A stretch of 50,375 nucleotides of DNA. Origin: a virus (lineage: Duplodnaviria; Caudoviricetes). Under the pieces are notes generated by a model, which worked only from the letters and a program-made list of their open reading frames with translations, had not been told where the DNA came from and made no database searches. Location of the stretch: IMG/VR virus record IMGVR_UViG_3300010376_000046, positions 1-50,375 of that record; one strand, given 5' to 3'. Of this stretch, positions 45,181 through 50,375 are shown piece by piece (the stretch's first letter is position 1; each line of letters begins with the position of its first letter). The position numbers and the translations under genes were made by a program.

Positions 45181-45189
45181 CCACATGGG

Positions 45190-45210
45190 AGCCGCTGAAA
45201 AGCGGCTTTT
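45190..45210 (+). terminator. rho-independent terminator
   Basis: AGCCGCT-GAAA-AGCGGCT-TTT. Confidence 0.55.
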
Positions 45211-45413
45211 GTCTATGGCTGGTATGAAGTTTGATAGCTGGCTGGGTTACGATGACAACTACAAATCTAACGAAGAAACTCGCCACATGTACCAAGCTAC
45301 ATGGAACAGCATGTGCTGGCTCCCATGTGGTCATCTCAACTTGACTTCTCTGCTTGTGCTTATCGCGCCGGAACCCACCTTGTACTCAAAAGAAACGACG
45401 GAGTTTATCTATC

Positions 45414-45866
45414 ATGTCAAATAATTACAATACCATTCCGCGAGACATTTACCCGATGTTGGACTTCATTACTGAGACAGCGACGACAATGCTCAAGGAT
45501 AAAGAATACTTGCAGCCGGTTTGGTTTCTTATCAACCGAGCGGATGGAAACATGATTCCAGTTATGTCCAACTTTTTCGATCATGGAGACAAACATGCTA
45601 TAGCACAATTCGTTCGTCACATCGTCAAACAAGAGAAAGCGGACGCGGTCATTTTTCTGGCCGAGGCGTTCAGCAATCCGGGTCGAGAAGACATAATTTC
45701 AATAACGGTCGAGACCTATGATGGAATATGGGTGGCTGGCCCTGTCGTTACTGGTCAGCCTGGCGAGTGTCGCAAACTTGCTTCGATTAACTTCGAAGCA
45801 TTGGACGCAATCGGGGGAGACCTCGGGAACTATCTCCCACCCCGAAACAAAAACGAGATCAACTGA
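45414..45866 (+). CDS. hypothetical protein
   Basis: GGAG RBS before MSNNYN; ADAVIFLAEA motif. Confidence 0.65.
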   Translation: MSNNYNTIPRDIYPMLDFITETATTMLKDKEYLQPVWFLINRADGNMIPVMSNFFDHGDKHAIAQFVRHIVKQEKADAVIFLAEAFSNPGREDIISITVETYDGIWVAGPVVTGQPGECRKLASINFEALDAIGGDLGNYLPPRNKNEIN

Positions 45867-46081
45867 TGGACTCACTAATTCGAACACTGCAGAATGCACA
45901 GGAGCATCTAAGGAATGCCCGTGCGGATGCGGTTGAAGTACATGTCAAAATACAAGAAGTAGTCGACTTCATTCAATACAATGAAACGTTGACTCCGAAA
46001 ACTGGCTACATGCATCCGTCTATTATACAAGAAATTAAACAGAAGCTGGCTGATATACAGAAGTATATTGGTGCGCATTAG
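45866..46081 (+). CDS. hypothetical protein
   Basis: TGATG overlap with the upstream gene. Confidence 0.5.
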   Translation: MDSLIRTLQNAQEHLRNARADAVEVHVKIQEVVDFIQYNETLTPKTGYMHPSIIQEIKQKLADIQKYIGAH

Positions 46082-46125
46082 CGGATAATCGGCTATAATC
46101 CTATTTAGATTTTTGGAGAAAAATT

Positions 46126-46593
46126 ATGGCAGCGCCTCGACCCACAATAGATATTGAACAGACGAAAGAACTTGATTCGCTCGTCGGCGAATGGTTCGAC
46201 CTGAGCCAAAAACTGGCAAGCATCAAGCAATTGGAAGCCGAGGCGCGCGACAAGCTGTTCTCGTACTTCTACAAGCCCGATGATCCCAAACGCAATGTGG
46301 GTGGGACGGAAAAGTTCGGAATGCCGGGCGGATGGACGCTAGAAGTTGAACGGCGTATCAATTGGAAAGTGGATGAAGCCGCGCTACCGGCTTGTTTGGA
46401 AGCAATCAACGAGCTAAAAGCCGATCCTGAAACTGGTGAAGAACCGACGGTCGATGCGTGCATCAAATTCAAGCCCACTTTCAGCGAAAGCGGCTATAGA
46501 GCATTGCGCGATGATGTTAGAACGATTCTGGATGGGGCACTGGAACATAAGCCCGGACAGCCAGCCATCACACTCAATCGCCCAAAGCAATAA
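46126..46593 (+). CDS. conserved phage protein of the recombination module
   Basis: TATAAT promoter at 46094 and GGAG RBS; N-terminal coiled coil, VDEAAL, KP..SESGYR.L, KPGQP. Confidence 0.7.
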   Translation: MAAPRPTIDIEQTKELDSLVGEWFDLSQKLASIKQLEAEARDKLFSYFYKPDDPKRNVGGTEKFGMPGGWTLEVERRINWKVDEAALPACLEAINELKADPETGEEPTVDACIKFKPTFSESGYRALRDDVRTILDGALEHKPGQPAITLNRPKQ

Positions 46594-46749
46594 TGGAGCA
46601 CATCAACACACAGATTTTCCTTGCATGGTGCGAATACCGGCAATGGCATGCTGAGTGGGGTGGACAGGGCGTCGTTCGGGAATTTGCCGAATGGCGCACC
46701 ATCATGTTGCGACATTATTCGCTGATACATATGTGGCTGAATCAAGGAG

Positions 46750-47055
46750 TTGGAAGACATGACCAAAATGACAGAGATATTCGAACGACAGGGGGTAGCA
46801 TTAGACCAAGAATCATACGCCGAAGCTAAAACAGCGCGGCGCGCGAAGAATATCGCCGCTGCACACGAAGTTCTTACTCGTAATGGTATTCCTTACGTGG
46901 AACTGGACAACCAAATTTTTCGTGTCGAATGCGAAAAGGGACTGATCTATTACCATCCGCCCACTGGCGAATGGAAGGAAGTCAGTAACGAACTCGGGCA
47001 TCGTGGATTTGGTATTCGGAACCTCGTGAGGCACATAAAAGGCGAAGTAAAATGA
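46750..47055 (+). CDS. hypothetical protein
   Basis: AAGGAG RBS; YHPPTGEW...RGFGIRNL. Confidence 0.6.
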   Translation: MEDMTKMTEIFERQGVALDQESYAEAKTARRAKNIAAAHEVLTRNGIPYVELDNQIFRVECEKGLIYYHPPTGEWKEVSNELGHRGFGIRNLVRHIKGEVK

Positions 47056-47181
47056 TTACAACGAGACTGGTGTATGACTGGCTTTATACCTATAAGATGA
47101 TTGGAGCGCATCCCGATCATATGGCGTTGCGCGCGCGTGTAGACGCTCGACTAGCAGCGCTCAAACAAAAGGGAAAACTCT

Positions 47182-48027
47182 ATGAATCGCCCGATGAACG
47201 CGTTTCCCGGACAGCTGAAGCCACCTGCGCCGGTCTCTCAGCAACCGCAGCAGCAGGCACCAGCGGCCAATCTGATGTGGTCGACAATTGGGGAACAAGC
47301 CACTGACAGTGGCATCAAAACGCTGGTTTACGGACAAGCTGGCGTGGGCAAAACGGTATTATGTGCTACGCTGCCCATGCCTATCGTGTTCGTTAATGCG
47401 GAAAGCGGCGCGCTATCCCTGCGTGAACAGAATTTGTTCAAGATTTTCGTTGAACATCATGGGATGCACCCCGATCTGGCAACAGATCGGGCGAAACTGG
47501 TGGCTAAATCGCCAAGCGTGCTAGTGCGTAATGGAGCGGAGTTGCGACGAGTGCATGAAGACTTGCTTCGCAATCCGACCCATTACAAATCGGTAGCATT
47601 AGACAGCCTTTCGGAAATTGCCGAGGCAATGTTGGCATCAATTATACCAACAACGACGAATCTACAAAAAGCATACGGAGAAATGGCGGCAACTGTGGAC
47701 GAATATGTTCGCAAATTCAGGAATGGATTGGTGGGCAAACACGTCTGCTTTACTGCCAAAATGGAACCGACGAAAGATGAAGTAACTGGCGTTATCAAAT
47801 GGGGTCCATCTTTCCCCGGTCAACAGCTTGGCAAATTATCGCCATACTGGTTAGATGAAACTTTCTTTATGGGAGTATGGACCGATCCGACGAACCAGCA
47901 GCCATCACAGCGCTTTTTGCTAACTCAACCAGATCAGAATTACACCGCAAAGGATCGCAGTGGAGCACTGAATCTGATGGAACAACCCGATCTATCGTAC
48001 ATTATCGAAAAGATCACCACATCTTGA
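47182..48027 (+). CDS. AAA_24 / Sak4-like ATPase recombinase
   Basis: LVYGQAGVGKT, AESG.LSL, LDSLSEIAE, AKDRSG.L...E.PDL. Confidence 0.85.
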   Translation: MNRPMNAFPGQLKPPAPVSQQPQQQAPAANLMWSTIGEQATDSGIKTLVYGQAGVGKTVLCATLPMPIVFVNAESGALSLREQNLFKIFVEHHGMHPDLATDRAKLVAKSPSVLVRNGAELRRVHEDLLRNPTHYKSVALDSLSEIAEAMLASIIPTTTNLQKAYGEMAATVDEYVRKFRNGLVGKHVCFTAKMEPTKDEVTGVIKWGPSFPGQQLGKLSPYWLDETFFMGVWTDPTNQQPSQRFLLTQPDQNYTAKDRSGALNLMEQPDLSYIIEKITTS

Positions 48028-48034
48028 GGACCAT

Positions 48035-48772
48035 ATGGACCAGAGTCTTTTGGCATTCCCGTTCGATGCCACTCAGTACGAGCCGTATGTCGGCGGCTTC
48101 AAAATTTACGAAGCCGGTACCTATGTCATGGCGATCACAGACATGGTGCCGCAACTCGTGAAAGGCGACGCCAGTAGTGGTTTGCTGCGCGTGGAATACA
48201 CCATCGCAAGCGAACCCCACCAGAATGAGAAATTTATCGAGTTTCTCAACCTGTGGAATCAAAGCGATGCAGCACGCGAAATCGCACTGCGTCAGCTTTC
48301 CTCGATTTGCTATGCTGTTGGAAGACTGCAAGTCGAGAACCTGGCCGAATTGGCGAATCAGTGGATGCTGGTAGAAATTGACTACCAGGAAGCTGTTCAA
48401 GGCGGAATTGATGCCGCAGGTCGCGACATTAAGCCACAACCGGCCCGTAACCGGGTCGTGCGGCGCTCCCCTTATGAGCAGCAAGCCGCAGCCCAAGCCC
48501 AGCCACATATCCCTCAACAGGGCGGATTTACGCCCAATCACAATGCAGCAGCAGCGGCGCAAGCCCCCGCCATGCATAGCCCTATGCAGCAAGCCGCGCC
48601 CGCTCAGCAAGCCCCGCAGCAAGCCCCGCAGCGGCAAACTCCGCCCCCATTCGCAGCGCGCGGAAATGGCGCAGCAGGGCCGGTCCAGACTGCTCCCGCT
48701 GCACAGCAGCAGACCGTAGCGGCGCAACCCATGCAGGGCACGCAAGCAGTTCCGCCTTGGCAACAGCGTTGA
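48035..48772 (+). CDS. DUF669-like single-stranded DNA-binding protein
   Basis: FDA, AGTY...I, LNLWN....A.EIA..QLS.IC.AVG; Gln/Pro tail ending PPW. Confidence 0.8.
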   Translation: MDQSLLAFPFDATQYEPYVGGFKIYEAGTYVMAITDMVPQLVKGDASSGLLRVEYTIASEPHQNEKFIEFLNLWNQSDAAREIALRQLSSICYAVGRLQVENLAELANQWMLVEIDYQEAVQGGIDAAGRDIKPQPARNRVVRRSPYEQQAAAQAQPHIPQQGGFTPNHNAAAAAQAPAMHSPMQQAAPAQQAPQQAPQRQTPPPFAARGNGAAGPVQTAPAAQQQTVAAQPMQGTQAVPPWQQR

Positions 48773-48805
48773 GGATGGAAGGGGGAAACCCCTTCCTACC
48801 ACATT

Positions 48806-49753
48806 ATGCCCGAAGTTATTTTAGCTACCCAAACTCTTGAGGCGATAGATGCGGCCATATACCGGGATCAGGGGCGCATGTTCAGACACCATCTACGCGA
48901 GCATATACTTGATGTTGATGATGCGTACAACGACGAAGAACACGACCGATTCCGTACCCACCTGGGCATTAGTATGTCGGGCCGCGAATGTGCCCGTGAG
49001 CTATGGTATCAGTTCAGATGGGCAACTGAAACTGTACTCAGTGGCAAGACTCTTCGACTATTCAACCGGGGCCACCTTGAAGAAGCCCGTTTTGTCGCAA
49101 TGCTTCGTACCATTGGGTGCGAACTATGGCGGGAGGAAGCACCTGGTAAGCAGTTTCGCGTATCATTGTACGGCGGCCATTATGGCTCAGCCATTGACGG
49201 GGTGGTTCTCGGCATACCTGAAATGCCTACGGTTCCGCTACTTGCTGAGTTCAAAACACACAACGATAAATCGTTCAAGAAACTAGCAGGGGAGAAAGAC
49301 TCAAGTGGTCAAATTTTGGTTCCTGCCGCAGGTGTTCGCAAAGCTAAAGTCGAACACTACGCACAGATGCAGCAATACATCGGCTATTATAAACTTGAAG
49401 CCGGGTTGTACGGAGCCGTTAACAAAGACACCGATGAACTCTACTTCGAAATTGTTCCCTATGACCGACCCACAGACGAAGGGTATCGGGAACGGTCGCA
49501 CCGCATCATGTGGGCCAACGAAGCGCCGACGCGCATTAGTCCAAATCCGACGTTCTGGAAATGCCGTTTTTGCGACCAACGGCGTGTATGCCACTACGAC
49601 GCGACACCAGCGTTTAATTGCCGTACATGCGCAGCTAGTCGACCTCTTGACGATGGCACCTGGTGGTGTAATACGCATCAAGCTACCCTCGACAAAAAAC
49701 GACAGCTATCCGGTTGTCCTGACTGGCAGCAGCACCAGAGTTTCGGATCATGA
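48806..49753 (+). CDS. Cas4-like PD-(D/E)XK exonuclease
   Basis: R.HLG.S..G.EC.R.LWY, IDG, EFKT, HYAQMQ.Y, C-terminal Cys clusters. Confidence 0.85.
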   Translation: MPEVILATQTLEAIDAAIYRDQGRMFRHHLREHILDVDDAYNDEEHDRFRTHLGISMSGRECARELWYQFRWATETVLSGKTLRLFNRGHLEEARFVAMLRTIGCELWREEAPGKQFRVSLYGGHYGSAIDGVVLGIPEMPTVPLLAEFKTHNDKSFKKLAGEKDSSGQILVPAAGVRKAKVEHYAQMQQYIGYYKLEAGLYGAVNKDTDELYFEIVPYDRPTDEGYRERSHRIMWANEAPTRISPNPTFWKCRFCDQRRVCHYDATPAFNCRTCAASRPLDDGTWWCNTHQATLDKKRQLSGCPDWQQHQSFGS

Positions 49754-50256
49754 AAAAATATACATCAGAATTCGAACGCGCATTGAAAGAATTCATTCAG
49801 TACGATCCAGAAACTGGAATCCTGCGATGGATAAAACGGCCTGGTCAACGAGTAAATGTGGAAGACGTTATAGGATCACCAACTAAAGATGGTCATTTAC
49901 AAATGTCTTTTAGAGGACAAAAATTAATAGTCCATCGAGTTGCTTGGTTTTTATATTACGGTTATTGGCCTACTGAAGTAGATCATTGGGATACCAATGG
50001 GTTCAACAACGCTTTATGGAATTTGCGAGACGCTGACCATAAGATCAACGCAGAAAATAAACGTCGAGCAAATATAAATAATAGAACTCAACTTTTAGGA
50101 GTTCATTTTCGTACTGATTGTTTAGCAAATCCATACAGAGCTATCATCGGACTTAATGGAAAAACAGTTTCATTGGGTCAATATGCTACTGCGGAAGAAG
50201 CCCATTGGGCTTACATTGAAGCTAAACGGAAATTGCATGCTGGAAACACTTTGTAG
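49750..50256 (+). CDS. HNH homing endonuclease with AP2-like DNA-binding domain
   Basis: YDPETG, HRVAW, VDH.D.N..NN...NLR, LGQY.TAEEA..AY. Confidence 0.85.
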   Translation: MKKYTSEFERALKEFIQYDPETGILRWIKRPGQRVNVEDVIGSPTKDGHLQMSFRGQKLIVHRVAWFLYYGYWPTEVDHWDTNGFNNALWNLRDADHKINAENKRRANINNRTQLLGVHFRTDCLANPYRAIIGLNGKTVSLGQYATAEEAHWAYIEAKRKLHAGNTL

Positions 50257-50265
50257 GAGGCTACC

Positions 50266-50375
50266 GTGCCTAAAACGTTCGCTTCACAAGCCCAAGCCCG
50301 TTTGTTTCACGCGGCTACCGAGAAACCAATCAAAGGTCTCAAGCAATCAGTGGCAAAGAAGGTGGTGAAAGAGAC
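50266..50375 (+). CDS. small basic protein, truncated by the window end
   Basis: AGGAGG RBS + GTG; MPKTFASQAQARLFHAATEKPIKGLKQSVAKK. Confidence 0.5.
   Translation, partial: MPKTFASQAQARLFHAATEKPIKGLKQSVAKKVVKE

Noticed and set aside
48806-49753. CRISPR-associated Cas4
   Set aside because: No array or other cas genes; the context (ATPase, SSB) is the standard phage recombination module

Overview
Most of the genome of a tailed dsDNA phage with a podovirus-type virion (SU10/P22-like portal, capsid, adaptor, nozzle and ejection proteins). The host is probably a Gram-negative proteobacterium (inference). No integrase, tRNA, CRISPR array or recognisable endolysin was seen, and both window ends run into genes. 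Layout: family-B-like DNA polymerase (0.4-2.3 kb, +); an operon of three signal-peptide, Gly/Ala/Ser/Thr-rich proteins (2.4-4.3 kb, +); a long minus-strand late region (4.5-31.3 kb) with three chaperone-tipped tail fibres, two paralogous His-x-His fibres, ejection proteins, head genes and TerL; a divergent plus-strand block with a Tad2/DUF2829 homologue and a TerS candidate; a probable genome-end region (33.2-35 kb); VRR-NUC, an origin-like repeat tract and a primase-helicase (-); then small early genes behind sigma70-like promoters and an ATPase/SSB/exonuclease/HNH module (+). Most notable observations: (1) the secreted, nearly uncharged three-protein operon, a candidate phage-encoded extracellular fibre/amyloid system; (2) an ~830-bp island almost free of AC and GT dinucleotides that carries one gene and is bordered by Fur-box-like sites; (3) an early gene that appears to have arisen by frame-shifting a collagen G-X-Y repeat; (4) an unannotated poly-His peptide whose His codons also encode a lipoprotein-like signal peptide in the overlapping frame. 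All family assignments come from motif recognition by eye, not database searches.
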